The notes below the pieces were generated by a model. That model was not told the origin of the DNA and searched no databases. It saw nothing but the letters and a program-made list of their open reading frames with translations. From IMG/VR virus record IMGVR_UViG_3300020044_004975, positions 1-32,231 of that record: a DNA stretch of 32,231 nucleotides, one strand, 5' to 3'. This document shows, piece by piece, positions 8,451-17,173 of the stretch. Within the stretch, counting starts at the first letter, position 1. Each line of letters begins with the position of its first letter. Both the position numbers and the translations under genes were made by a program. This stretch comes from a virus (taxonomy: Duplodnaviria > Caudoviricetes).

Positions 8451-8816
8451 AAAATATCCTTCGTTTATCTGCAATTTTATTTGAACAATTTCTTCCCAGT
8501 TTTCAGCATTTAATACTGCATTCTTAATATTCTTTTCCTGAGGAATAGTTATAAGCCCTTGTACAATATCTGCAGTATACATCTTATAGATTTTATCTTT
8601 ACTCTTAGTAAAAACATCGTGCATACGGATTCCATGAAGTACAGAAGCGTGGTTTTTATCAAAGATTTTTCCGATAGCTGAAAGAGAATAATTAGCTTTT
8701 CTGAGTTGATCATAAAGGTAGTATCTCTTATAGATTACATCCTGCCTTCTGCATACTTGCTTTAATTCGTACTGCTCTATTAGTACTTGTATATTTGCTA
8801 TAAAGTTATTTTCCAT
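8448..8816 (-). CDS. DnaA C-terminal-like HTH protein (likely start MENNF at 8816)
   Basis: YSLSAIGKIFDKNHASVLHG resembles DnaA domain IV SL-x-x-IG-x-x-F-x-RDH-x-TV-x-H. Confidence 0.7.
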   Translation of the reverse strand: MENNFIANIQVLIEQYELKQVCRRQDVIYKRYYLYDQLRKANYSLSAIGKIFDKNHASVLHGIRMHDVFTKSKDKIYKMYTADIVQGLITIPQEKNIKNAVLNAENWEEIVQIKLQINEGYF

Positions 8817-9033
8817 CGTACTGAGTTTCAAAGTATTTCTGAGCAGTAGGAGAGCTTGGCCAGTGGGAAGAATAAATACCATCGTTGAAAGCATCCATAA
8901 TTACTTCTTTCTCTTCTTCTAAAGCATCTTTAAGTAAAGTTAAAGCTCTATTGAAAGCAAACTGACTAGATGGCTGAAAGTACTCTCTTTCTTTCTCTAG
9001 CTTTTCTATTATTTTTTCTAAAGGAGTTTTCAT
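8806..9033 (-). CDS. Hypothetical protein (likely start MKTPLE at 9033)
   Basis: ORF track trimmed to the ATGA overlap; EKEVIMDAF...AQKYFETQY pattern. Confidence 0.65.
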   Translation of the reverse strand: MKTPLEKIIEKLEKEREYFQPSSQFAFNRALTLLKDALEEEKEVIMDAFNDGIYSSHWPSSPTAQKYFETQYDGK

Positions 9034-9227
9034 AGTTTTTCGATTTCGGTTTTTACTTCTTGCCAATAGTTTAATTCGGTAATTGGTGTTTCTAGTTCGT
9101 GCCAATCAATAGCATCTACTATTTCATCTACTACTTTTAAAACGCATATTTTTGCTTTTTCATTATCTGCTATTACATCTCTAATAAATGAGAAATGTAA
9201 ATGAAAAGCTTTCTCTTTCGGTGTCAT
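9030..9227 (-). CDS. Hypothetical protein
   Basis: ORF track; MTPKEKA...YWQEVK. Confidence 0.7.
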   Translation of the reverse strand: MTPKEKAFHLHFSFIRDVIADNEKAKICVLKVVDEIVDAIDWHELETPITELNYWQEVKTEIEKL

Positions 9228-9397
9228 AGCTCTACGATATATTTAATTTCTGATTCTTCTATATCATTCAATTTAAGGAACTCAAAAACTGCAGCAACTA
9301 CAGTAAGAGCTTCTAAGGTAGTTCCTCCGAGTAAAGGTCTTATTCCTTCTTCAGGATTCCCTCTTTCAATAAAGTAAGTTATATGATACGTTTTCAT
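9224..9397 (-). CDS. Small early protein (57 aa, MKTYHITY...)
   Basis: Hand translation; ATGA overlaps at both ends. Confidence 0.7.
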   Translation of the reverse strand: MKTYHITYFIERGNPEEGIRPLLGGTTLEALTVVAAVFEFLKLNDIEESEIKYIVEL

Positions 9398-9654
9398 TTT
9401 GTTTTCTCTGCGTTAGTTAACCATTGTCTAAAAGCCATCTGCATATTTATCTGTTCTTCTGATACCTCTTTAGATACTCCTTTCATTACTCTTTCATCTA
9501 TTCTCCTGATTTGAGAGCATAAGTTAGTAGTAGATATTTTCATTTCTCTAGTCAAAAGATTTTGATCATTTAAATCTTCGATAAAATCAGCTAGTACTGG
9601 CAGCAGTCCGATAGTAGCTAGTAGTTTCATTTCGTTACTCATTTTCTTCTTCAT
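9394..9654 (-). CDS. Hypothetical protein
   Basis: ORF track; true start may be a few codons in (MSNEMK). Confidence 0.65.
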   Translation of the reverse strand: MKKKMSNEMKLLATIGLLPVLADFIEDLNDQNLLTREMKISTTNLCSQIRRIDERVMKGVSKEVSEEQINMQMAFRQWLTNAEKTK

Positions 9655-9775
9655 TAATAGTTATTACTCCTTCTCCGTTACATTCAATGCATTCACACCA
9701 AACATATCTTGATTCTTCCATATCTGCTACTTCATAGTGTCCTAGTCCAGAGCATTCTAAACATTTTATTTCCAT
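9635..9775 (-). CDS. DnaJ-type zinc-finger mini-protein (46 aa)
   Basis: Hand translation MEIKCLECSGLG...CIECNGEGV, with two CxxCxGxG motifs. Confidence 0.75.
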   Translation of the reverse strand: MEIKCLECSGLGHYEVADMEESRYVWCECIECNGEGVITINEEENE

Positions 9776-9777
9776 AA

Positions 9778-9984
9778 TTATTTATTATTTATGATTTCAT
9801 TTGCTCTTCTCATTCCATCTAAATATCCTTGATGATGTCCTGCATCATATTTAGATTGAATTCTCATATCGTAATTTTCCTCAAGTAAGCCATAAATGTA
9901 TTTTTTATGCTCCTCTGATTGTTTTAAAAAAGTTTCATTCGTAACCATTTCTACGATGAATTCTACAAAAGTTTGTTTTTGCAT
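9778..9984 (-). CDS. Hypothetical protein
   Basis: ORF track. Confidence 0.65.
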   Translation of the reverse strand: MQKQTFVEFIVEMVTNETFLKQSEEHKKYIYGLLEENYDMRIQSKYDAGHHQGYLDGMRRANEIINNK

Positions 9985-9996
9985 TTTAAATAGGTT

Positions 9997-10113
9997 TTAA
10001 AGTGAGTAAAAGTAAAATACGATACCTAGTACTAGAAGACCTGCAAAAAGTCCTATTAGAGAGTTTTTCTCCTCTGAGTTTCTAGGAGTGAAATAATTGA
10101 TTAAGTTTCTCAT
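9997..10113 (-). CDS. Small membrane protein (38 aa)
   Basis: Hand translation MRNLINYFTPRNSEEKNSLIGLFAGLLVLGIVFYFYSL; one C-terminal hydrophobic helix. Confidence 0.7.
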   Translation of the reverse strand: MRNLINYFTPRNSEEKNSLIGLFAGLLVLGIVFYFYSL

Positions 10114-10268
10114 AGTTCATAGATTTCAAAGGTTACACATTCATCTGAAGTAGTAGCTAGTTTTGTTCTAGCGTACTTGTTAGCATCTATCTCATCGTAG
10201 AAGGTATCTACTTTAGAATAGATTACATTTTCTTCAGCATCTAAAAAATTGATTTTGTACGTTCTCAT
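10110..10268 (-). CDS. Small early protein (52 aa, MRTYKINF...)
   Basis: Hand translation; first gene behind the promoter at 10287. Confidence 0.75.
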   Translation of the reverse strand: MRTYKINFLDAEENVIYSKVDTFYDEIDANKYARTKLATTSDECVTFEIYEL

Positions 10269-10286
10269 AATTTATTTCGTTAAAAG

Positions 10287-10301
10287 TTATACGCAAATAT
10301 A
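10287..10301 (-). promoter_or_regulatory. Early promoter (TATATTTGCGTATAA)
   Basis: Identical 15-mer to 3476-3490; heads the early region. Confidence 0.8.
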
Positions 10302-10425
10302 AATACTATTTAAATACGTTGTACACTTTTTAACAAAAAAAGTTTAATTATTCTTTAGGTACGATTTAAAACCTAGTGTTTATAAGGCTTTCAGAGAGAA
10401 CTTAACTTTTACGGATTTTACCTTT

Positions 10426-11427
10426 TTACCTTACTTTACCTTCGATTATGCGTAAATTCTGAACTACAAAATCTCCACTAGGTTCAGTTTCTACATAAGC
10501 GAATCCATGATTCCATCTGTTTACAGGCATATAATCAGGTCTTAAACCACATAAAGCACCGATACTCCAACAAGTAACTACATTTCCATTTAGATCATTC
10601 TCGCTATGTTCTGAAGTTTGGTGGTTATGCCCTGCCATAGAAGATACTTTAGCACGCATATAAAGACCTCTAGCAGAGTTTACAGGAGAGAATATAGTAT
10701 GCATCTCGTGTCCGTGAAGGAGGGAAAGTTTGCCTATCTTAATAACTTGCTTAGATTTAATCTCAGTTACTCCTAGTTCTCCAAAGCGAAGTACATTCTT
10801 AAGTTCAAAATCAGCTATTCCTAGAAGCTCTGGAGCTGAAGTCTTAAGATAGTTTTCCCATCTATCTTCGTGGTTGCCTATCTTAAAGTATATAGGGCAG
10901 TCGAATTCATCTTTCAGTTGTTTAAGAAAAGCTCTAGTCATTTCTATCTCTCCGTTTAGGTCTCTTAAACGTCTATCTTTAATGAATCTAGATGCCTGAT
11001 ACATATCCATTGTATCTCCGTTAAGGATAATAGCATTCGGCTTCTTTTGATAACCCCAATCTAAAGCAATAGATAGAGCTTCTTCATCGTGATAAGGAAG
11101 ATGGATATCTGAAAGGATTAAAACTCGGTTATTTCCTTTAGGTATCTTAAATGGTTTCTGCTCTTTGTAATCTGATTCAGGAACTTTTAACCATCCCTGA
11201 GCTAATCGCTTTTGTTCTTCAGTTCTTTTCGACATAGTTACACTAGCTGTTTCATTTTTTTTCCCTCCTCCTTCTCCTCTATAATATCTTACCTGCCCTC
11301 TAGCAGTATCATAAGTAGTAAAGTCTAAAGGATGCTCTTTACATAGCATTTTAGCTATGTTATTCGTAGTACAATGAGAAAATTCTTCTAGAGCTTTTAG
11401 TACTATATCTCTACGATAGTTACTCAC
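10426..11427 (-). CDS. Calcineurin-like metallophosphoesterase with an N-terminal helical domain
   Basis: SDIH, GDxxD, GNHE, HGH and GHNH motifs. Confidence 0.9.
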   Translation of the reverse strand: MSNYRRDIVLKALEEFSHCTTNNIAKMLCKEHPLDFTTYDTARGQVRYYRGEGGGKKNETASVTMSKRTEEQKRLAQGWLKVPESDYKEQKPFKIPKGNNRVLILSDIHLPYHDEEALSIALDWGYQKKPNAIILNGDTMDMYQASRFIKDRRLRDLNGEIEMTRAFLKQLKDEFDCPIYFKIGNHEDRWENYLKTSAPELLGIADFELKNVLRFGELGVTEIKSKQVIKIGKLSLLHGHEMHTIFSPVNSARGLYMRAKVSSMAGHNHQTSEHSENDLNGNVVTCWSIGALCGLRPDYMPVNRWNHGFAYVETEPSGDFVVQNLRIIEGKVR

Positions 11428-11759
11428 TATCCTCTATTCTTAATAATCTTTCTGATAGCTACTCCGATAGCTTGAATAATCTTCTCTCCGAATTCAGGAG
11501 TAATATCTACATCTACATCAAGCTTTTTTCCTTTCTCTTTATGAATCTTTACATCCACATTCTTAGTATCTAGAGTAGCATCTAAAACTTCATCTTTTCG
11601 TACAATAGTAACATCTACATTTTTAGTATCTAAATTGATATCTAAATCTTTTTTCTTTCTTTTCATAAATCTTTGTTTTAACGCATTAAATATATCTTCT
11701 ATAGGTAAACCTACATAGAACGTAATAAAAGCTCTTAGAACGAATAAAAACCTACTCAT
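11427..11759 (-). CDS. Hypothetical protein with a duplicated LDTKNVDV motif
   Basis: ORF track; start uncertain. Confidence 0.6.
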   Translation of the reverse strand: MSRFLFVLRAFITFYVGLPIEDIFNALKQRFMKRKKKDLDINLDTKNVDVTIVRKDEVLDATLDTKNVDVKIHKEKGKKLDVDVDITPEFGEKIIQAIGVAIRKIIKNRG

Positions 11760-12223
11760 TTAGCAATTTCGAAATGCATCCAATCGTAATTCTTTTCTAT
11801 TCCTAGTCCTATAAAGCCATGTTTATAGAAAATATCTATCATAGGTTGGTATTCAGCTCTAGCAAATCTAGCAGTTTTACTAGTTTCGTGTAACTGATTT
11901 CTTACAGGATCTAAATCAATAGCTATTCCCCAACTATGTTTTGAGAATTCAGTACCTCCTCGCATCTTTCTAAATGTAAAGCATCCACCGAATAAATCTA
12001 TTCCTAGCTCTACGATTTTCTCATATCCGTAATAAGCTAGAATATCTTCAAATACTTTACGGAAGTTTTCCTTTACCAACTTATGGCATCGCATTCTATT
12101 CACTTTAGTATCTAAATCCCAAGCTAACCGCATAGGATAAGGTAAATCTAGAGTTACTAGATAATCAGCTCCAGTAATAGTAGGAGTTCCGTAAGCTTTA
12201 ATAGTTTCTTTTGTCGTTAACAT
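11756..12223 (-). CDS. Endolysin, peptidase M15 family
   Basis: R...SKHSWGIAID and DWMHFE zinc-ligand motifs; follows the holin. Confidence 0.9.
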   Translation of the reverse strand: MLTTKETIKAYGTPTITGADYLVTLDLPYPMRLAWDLDTKVNRMRCHKLVKENFRKVFEDILAYYGYEKIVELGIDLFGGCFTFRKMRGGTEFSKHSWGIAIDLDPVRNQLHETSKTARFARAEYQPMIDIFYKHGFIGLGIEKNYDWMHFEIAK

Positions 12224-12224
12224 A

Positions 12225-12650
12225 TTATTTCGATTTATCCTTTTCTTCTCTAGCTCTCTGAACGAATATAATTAGATTCTTCCATAGGTTCTTTCCTGTA
12301 ACCGCATAATAGGATTCATTGATACTTTTACCTTCAGTTACAAGACAAAAAAGAGTAAATCCTTTAGTAAGTAAGAATTCAATATTTGTATAGTTCTCTG
12401 AGATATCAGATAAGATAAATTTCTCTGCTAGAAATATCATGACGATAGCTCCTACATAAAGAAGAGTTTTAGTAATAGTATCTGACATTCTACGAGATTT
12501 AATAGCTTGCCATCCTGATAGCCTTACTACCTTCCATAAGCCGAAATAAAGGTCTAGAATAATAGCTCCGAAAGTAATTAAGATAAGAGGAGTAATAGGA
12601 GCTAATAGAGTAGCAATAGAAAGCCCTAAAGCGACTAGATAACTTTTCAT
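12225..12650 (-). CDS. Holin
   Basis: About three hydrophobic helices, IKSRRM and E-x-x-SINE motifs, charged tail. Confidence 0.8.
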   Translation of the reverse strand: MKSYLVALGLSIATLLAPITPLILITFGAIILDLYFGLWKVVRLSGWQAIKSRRMSDTITKTLLYVGAIVMIFLAEKFILSDISENYTNIEFLLTKGFTLFCLVTEGKSINESYYAVTGKNLWKNLIIFVQRAREEKDKSK

Positions 12651-12874
12651 ACTGCGTACTTAGATAACTCGGTTAAAGTCCATGCTTCTACTTCAGTATC
12701 ATTCCAATCATTCTCATAAGTGAATCCTGAAAGAGTTACTCCGAAGGTAGTACTATCCGTTACCAGGTTAACTAGTACTTCGCATGATTTAGAAGCTATA
12801 GTATCTAGAATAGTAATTACTTCTACTCTAGGATTTTCGATTTCTACGTTGAATTGAGGGAATTTGTAAGTCAT
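12647..12874 (-). CDS. Hypothetical protein, possibly tail-fibre associated
   Basis: ORF track; position after the lectin-like protein. Confidence 0.6.
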   Translation of the reverse strand: MTYKFPQFNVEIENPRVEVITILDTIASKSCEVLVNLVTDSTTFGVTLSGFTYENDWNDTEVEAWTLTELSKYAV

Positions 12875-12878
12875 AATT

Positions 12879-13469
12879 TTAAGATAAAGTCGTGCCTGTT
12901 ACGTTGCACACTCGAACGTAAATTGTTAAATAAGCTGAAGCTTTACCTCCAGTTTCTAGTACCTTTCCTCCTAAATCAGTAATAAAAACTAGAGTTCCAT
13001 CGTAATCCGTAGAAGTATGAAAGTATCTCTGAGTACTACCAAAGTTAAAAGGAGCGTAATTCATTCTATAAGGTTTTTTTGAGAAATCGCATACATTCAT
13101 AACTTCTCTAGCATTCCATAGATTCCATCCTGTAAGCCCTCCGATAGTAGCTGATAGCTTTAAATCTATTGCAGTATTCCAGTTACGATAAGTAGTAGCA
13201 TCTCCTATGTAATAACAAAGCACCTGAGAGTTATCGTAAGTAGACCAATCTATTACTATTCCATTTGCGTATGTGCTTCCTCCTGCCGTATCAGTAAATC
13301 TATTAGTATTTCCGAAAGGATTATTTGAAGCTAAAGTAGTAAAGTTCGTTAATCTTCCTCTAGTAATATCATCTCCTGTCCGATAAGAACTTGTTTGCCC
13401 AGTTTGAAGTAATTTCATACCTACAGGAGCAGGAGTACTAGCTACTGATTTTATGTATAAATCTCTCAT
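12879..13469 (-). CDS. DUF1566/Lcl-like (C-type lectin fold) putative receptor-binding protein
   Basis: LLQTGQT, NWNTAI, GLTGWNLWNAREV and a terminal YVRV resemble the degenerate W-x-x-A...GW-R-L-P-x-x-x-EL signature. Confidence 0.55.
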   Translation of the reverse strand: MRDLYIKSVASTPAPVGMKLLQTGQTSSYRTGDDITRGRLTNFTTLASNNPFGNTNRFTDTAGGSTYANGIVIDWSTYDNSQVLCYYIGDATTYRNWNTAIDLKLSATIGGLTGWNLWNAREVMNVCDFSKKPYRMNYAPFNFGSTQRYFHTSTDYDGTLVFITDLGGKVLETGGKASAYLTIYVRVCNVTGTTLS

Positions 13470-13837
13470 AGCTGAGTAATATTAAGATTAATTACTGAAG
13501 CAGTACTAACTGATACGTTAATAGTATCTCCTGAAGCTATAGACGTTCCTAGAGTATAAGCAGAACCATTCTTTAAAATAGTAGTAGTAGGAGAGTTCTT
13601 TACATTCGCTACTGAATCAATACTTAGAGCATACGGAGCATAGATATCTACTGTAGTACTAGACATTAAATCAATAGTCCATAGTACAGGAGCTAGAAGT
13701 CTTAAGCTCTGAGAAGCATCGAATCCTGTAATGCATCTAGAATCAAAACTAGTTCCGTTATATTCACTTGTTATTAATAAGTCGTTTGCTAGTATGCTTC
13801 CTGTAGTTGCTAGTTCCGATATTCGTTTGTTCTGCAT
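13466..13837 (-). CDS. Putative tail/fibre structural protein
   Basis: KRISEL...NDLLI fibre-type N-terminus; Ser/Thr-rich beta C-terminus. Confidence 0.6.
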   Translation of the reverse strand: MQNKRISELATTGSILANDLLITSEYNGTSFDSRCITGFDASQSLRLLAPVLWTIDLMSSTTVDIYAPYALSIDSVANVKNSPTTTILKNGSAYTLGTSIASGDTINVSVSTASVINLNITQL

Positions 13838-13901
13838 TAGTGATTTTATTTAGATATATTTCTAATTTCTTTACATTCTCCTTCTTAGGCTTATAACTCA
13901 T
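13764..13901 (-). CDS. Small basic ORF (45 aa, MSYKPKKENVKKLEIYL...)
   Basis: Hand translation; ATGA-coupled to the upstream gene; overlaps the downstream gene by 74 nt. Confidence 0.45.
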   Translation of the reverse strand: MSYKPKKENVKKLEIYLNKITNAEQTNIGTSNYRKHTSKRLINNK

Positions 13902-14395
13902 AAATACCATCCGTTTAGATAATTATTATACGCAGGAAAAACATCCCCTGAAGTATTTGTATTGTATTCAGGATAAAGATATCCGAATGAAGTCATGTGA
14001 TCTAAGAATCTTTGAGTGTAGTTCTGAGCTATTTGACGTTCTTTCTCTACTAAGTAATCTACTTCTACTTTTTCTACGTTTACTGCATTCTCAGAGCTAT
14101 GCTTATATACTCCCTTATTAGCAATAGTGTAAGATGCAAAAGGAATATATTCGACCATTGCCCAATGTATTAAAAGGGGCTTAATATAAGTCAAAACTAA
14201 ATTCAAATAAGGATCGGCTAAATCATTATCTAAGATATCATTTTGAATCTTCTGAAGTAGGTTAGTGCCTAGATAGTTTTGAACGTGAATATCCTGAGCT
14301 ATCTTTACAAACTGAATAAATTTATCAGTATCTACTGAACCGCCTAAAGCAGTTAAAGATACTATGTCATTTCTTGATATTAATAGTGCTTCCAT
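13898..14395 (-). CDS. Putative head-tail adaptor
   Basis: Directly after the portal; helical, with an AQD...LG-x-x-L pattern. Confidence 0.6.
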   Translation of the reverse strand: MEALLISRNDIVSLTALGGSVDTDKFIQFVKIAQDIHVQNYLGTNLLQKIQNDILDNDLADPYLNLVLTYIKPLLIHWAMVEYIPFASYTIANKGVYKHSSENAVNVEKVEVDYLVEKERQIAQNYTQRFLDHMTSFGYLYPEYNTNTSGDVFPAYNNYLNGWYL

Positions 14396-16161
14396 TATCG
14401 TACGTCTGATGGTAAGTTAGGGTTATTAGGAGAGAATCCTTTTAAAGGTAACTGATTAGGATAGAATGAAACTTCGTAAGGATTCGTTACTTTGTAGCCT
14501 TTAATCTCAGCTTTTCTAGTTCCGATTTCTTGATAACCTTCTTCGATTTTATTTAAGTCAAGCATATAAGTAACTCTACTCCATTTGTGATGGCATCTAG
14601 CTCCTCCTTTATATTTAAAAATATCATAAGTATTTGCTCCACCTTCACCAAATCCTGCATTAACTACTTTAGCACTCATAGCATCAATGTCTTCCTTTCG
14701 AAATAGTCTATCTTCTTTAGCCATCATAGCCTTACAAAAATCGCGATCAGGTACTTTATTCCCTGTGTATTTGTAGCGTACTTTGAAGTATTTTAATTCT
14801 CCTACTTTCTTATCCTGAGAACTCTTTAATTTAGGTAAAGGATTTCCAGTCTGAACTAGGTTAATTAACTTGCTTAGAAAGCCTGTTTTAGGTTCTAGAG
14901 TAGATTCAGCATCTAGAAGAGTATTATCCAAGTCTTCTTCATTCTCTCCTACTTCTCTTTCATCTACAAGTACCCATTCTTCAGATAATTGATTTCTATC
15001 TACTTCATCTAAGATAAGTTGTAAATCATTCTGAGAGCTTAACTGAGTTTCTTCTACTTTACCTGAAGCATCCTGAAATTCCAAAGGTTTAAGAGTTTCA
15101 AAATAAAGCTTTAATTTGATTCCGTTATAAGCTAGAATCTTATCATAAGCTTCGATAATTAAATCCTGATAAGGTCTGATAACCATATTGTAATAAAGTA
15201 CAAAGGAGTTCTTTAATTCATCTGCATTTGAAGAGAATCCATTACTAGAGCTGATACCAAATAGAAGAGGAGAGGTTACGTTATGTCCTAGCATGATTTT
15301 ACGCATACATTCCTCTGATAGATATTCGTAATGTTGAGGAGCATCATTTAATGGGATATCATCTATAGTAGTTTTTTGAGCATCTGAATGATTAAAGGAG
15401 ATAATTACTCTCTTTCCTTTGCTTCCTGTAAGTTTAGAAGTTACTTTAGATTCGGTTTCGTCCATCTGCTCCTCTGAAGGAATTCCATTATTAAAGTTTA
15501 TAACCTTAGTACCTGAGAATCCATTCTGAACCTCGTTGATTAAATAATCTGAGATCTCCTGTTCTAATACGCAATAAGGTAAAGCTCCTTGATAGTCTAC
15601 TAGAGAGAAATACTTCATCCCTACGGAATAAGGTTGTACCATTAGAATCTCTAAAGGTTCGCTAGAAGTTCCGAAAGCAGGAATTCGCTTAGGAGGAAAT
15701 TTCTTAGTATCGCTCCAGTTATCAGAGTAGTAGTAAGCTTCTATCTTTCCTTCCTTATTACATTTCTCAGGTCTAATTAAATGTACAGGTATATGCGAAG
15801 TTTTAGCGATAGTTTTTCTATCCTTTGAATAGATAACTTGAATAGCGAATTGCCCTAGCATTTTAGCATCCATGATTTCTCTTTTCGTATCATCTTTAGG
15901 AAAGAGAGTTATCATATGAGCATAATCATTCGGTTTAGCTGAAGCATCTAAAGCTTTTAATCCTCTTCCGTAAATCAGCTTAGAGATATTATTAATTATC
16001 GCATTATTCGAAGGAGAATAAGTATATCTATCTATCAAATAAGTATAGTAAGAATCATTTTCTCCATACGTTACCCAGTCTTGACGATTACTCTCCATTA
16101 CTACAGGAGTTTCATAAGCACTAAGTTCTACTGAACGTATATTATTTATTTTATTCTCCAT
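14395..16161 (-). CDS. Portal protein with a C-terminal MuF-like extension (likely start MENKIN at 16161)
   Basis: WVTYGE, SPSNNAII...IYGRGL, NGF, IMLGHNVTSPLLFGI and IRPYQ portal motifs; RDFC...GGARCHHKW in the extension. Confidence 0.85.
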   Translation of the reverse strand: MENKINNIRSVELSAYETPVVMESNRQDWVTYGENDSYYTYLIDRYTYSPSNNAIINNISKLIYGRGLKALDASAKPNDYAHMITLFPKDDTKREIMDAKMLGQFAIQVIYSKDRKTIAKTSHIPVHLIRPEKCNKEGKIEAYYYSDNWSDTKKFPPKRIPAFGTSSEPLEILMVQPYSVGMKYFSLVDYQGALPYCVLEQEISDYLINEVQNGFSGTKVINFNNGIPSEEQMDETESKVTSKLTGSKGKRVIISFNHSDAQKTTIDDIPLNDAPQHYEYLSEECMRKIMLGHNVTSPLLFGISSSNGFSSNADELKNSFVLYYNMVIRPYQDLIIEAYDKILAYNGIKLKLYFETLKPLEFQDASGKVEETQLSSQNDLQLILDEVDRNQLSEEWVLVDEREVGENEEDLDNTLLDAESTLEPKTGFLSKLINLVQTGNPLPKLKSSQDKKVGELKYFKVRYKYTGNKVPDRDFCKAMMAKEDRLFRKEDIDAMSAKVVNAGFGEGGANTYDIFKYKGGARCHHKWSRVTYMLDLNKIEEGYQEIGTRKAEIKGYKVTNPYEVSFYPNQLPLKGFSPNNPNLPSDVR

Positions 16162-16510
16162 AAGTAAGGAAGTCGTTATTGCTATTATTCGATTTGTATC
16201 TATTCGCTCCATCTAAGATATTAGGGGAGAATTCCTGTAGGTTCGTTTGAGAAGTTACAAAGATTCGATCTCTGAAAGATTCTACTCCTTCGTAGCCATA
16301 AATTACTAAGTTATAATATCTATTTTCTAGAAGCAAATCCTCAGTAGTAAATTCTACTACATAGTACCATTCAGCTTCTACTGATGAATCTATAGTAAAG
16401 GTTTGAATAGTCTTATTAGAATCATCCTGAAGAGTTAAATAAGTCATATATTCAGCTCTAGGAATAACTCTTAAAGTCTTTAAGCCAATATCAGGAGTTA
16501 ATATAATCAT
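16151..16510 (-). CDS. Hypothetical virion protein
   Basis: ORF track; beta-rich; first gene after a late promoter. Confidence 0.65.
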   Translation of the reverse strand: MIILTPDIGLKTLRVIPRAEYMTYLTLQDDSNKTIQTFTIDSSVEAEWYYVVEFTTEDLLLENRYYNLVIYGYEGVESFRDRIFVTSQTNLQEFSPNILDGANRYKSNNSNNDFLTYGE

Positions 16511-16517
16511 ATCTATT

Positions 16518-16542
16518 TAACTACCTTCTAAAGGTTTGTTCC
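16518..16542 (-). promoter_or_regulatory. Putative late (ECF-type) promoter GGAACAA-N13-AGTTA
   Basis: One of four phased copies; abuts the upstream terminator; 7 nt before ATG. Confidence 0.7.
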
Positions 16543-16577
16543 AAAAAAAAAGGAGTAGAACTTAATCCACTCCTTTT
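16543..16577 (-). terminator. Intrinsic terminator after the tail tube gene
   Basis: GGAGTGGA/TCTACTCC stem followed by T9. Confidence 0.85.
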
Positions 16578-16595
16578 AAAACGCAAGGTAGGTTA

Positions 16596-17150
16596 TTAAT
16601 CAGTAATGATAGTAGCTCCATCAAATACATCAGATAGAGTAGCTTCAGTATCGCAATCCAAGAAATTGGCAGGGGCATTCTCCATGGCTGTAAAGCTCAT
16701 ATTATAACCATTAAAATCACCCAAGTTTGTACCACTAGAAATAGTTCCTGCAGTCATATCAGCTCCTCTTTCAAGTCCTACAATAAAGTATTGACCTGAA
16801 CGAGTTCGTACTACAATATGAGGTCTACCATAAGCTAGAAGCTTAATAGTTTTATGAGTAATAGGATCTTGCTTCTTTAACTGAGCTACTACTACTTGTT
16901 CAAAATAAGTAGTTCCGTTATCTCTAGAAGTTTGAATAGTTTGTTCAAAAGAGTTCGCTCCTTTCAACTCATATTTGTAAAGTTCAGTAACTCCGTTAAT
17001 ATTCGTTACTAAATCCTCTAGTCCAGGAGTAGCAGAATAAGTTACATCATCAGGATAATTAATCCCAAAATTGATAAAATAGATCGCATCTAATCCTGAT
17101 ACTGAATCTTTGCATGATTCAAGGCGACCATTAGAAATATCACAAGCCAT
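16596..17150 (-). CDS. Major tail (tube) protein
   Basis: MACD...C, RDNGTTYFEQ and GDFNGY motifs; follows the capsid gene and is flanked by terminators. Confidence 0.7.
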   Translation of the reverse strand: MACDISNGRLESCKDSVSGLDAIYFINFGINYPDDVTYSATPGLEDLVTNINGVTELYKYELKGANSFEQTIQTSRDNGTTYFEQVVVAQLKKQDPITHKTIKLLAYGRPHIVVRTRSGQYFIVGLERGADMTAGTISSGTNLGDFNGYNMSFTAMENAPANFLDCDTEATLSDVFDGATIITD

Positions 17151-17173
17151 AGCTATATTTTTTAGTATAAATT

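Noticed and set aside
12879-13469. Diversity-generating retroelement targeting the DUF1566-like protein
   Set aside because: No reverse transcriptase gene and no second copy of the 3' region differing at adenines was seen.
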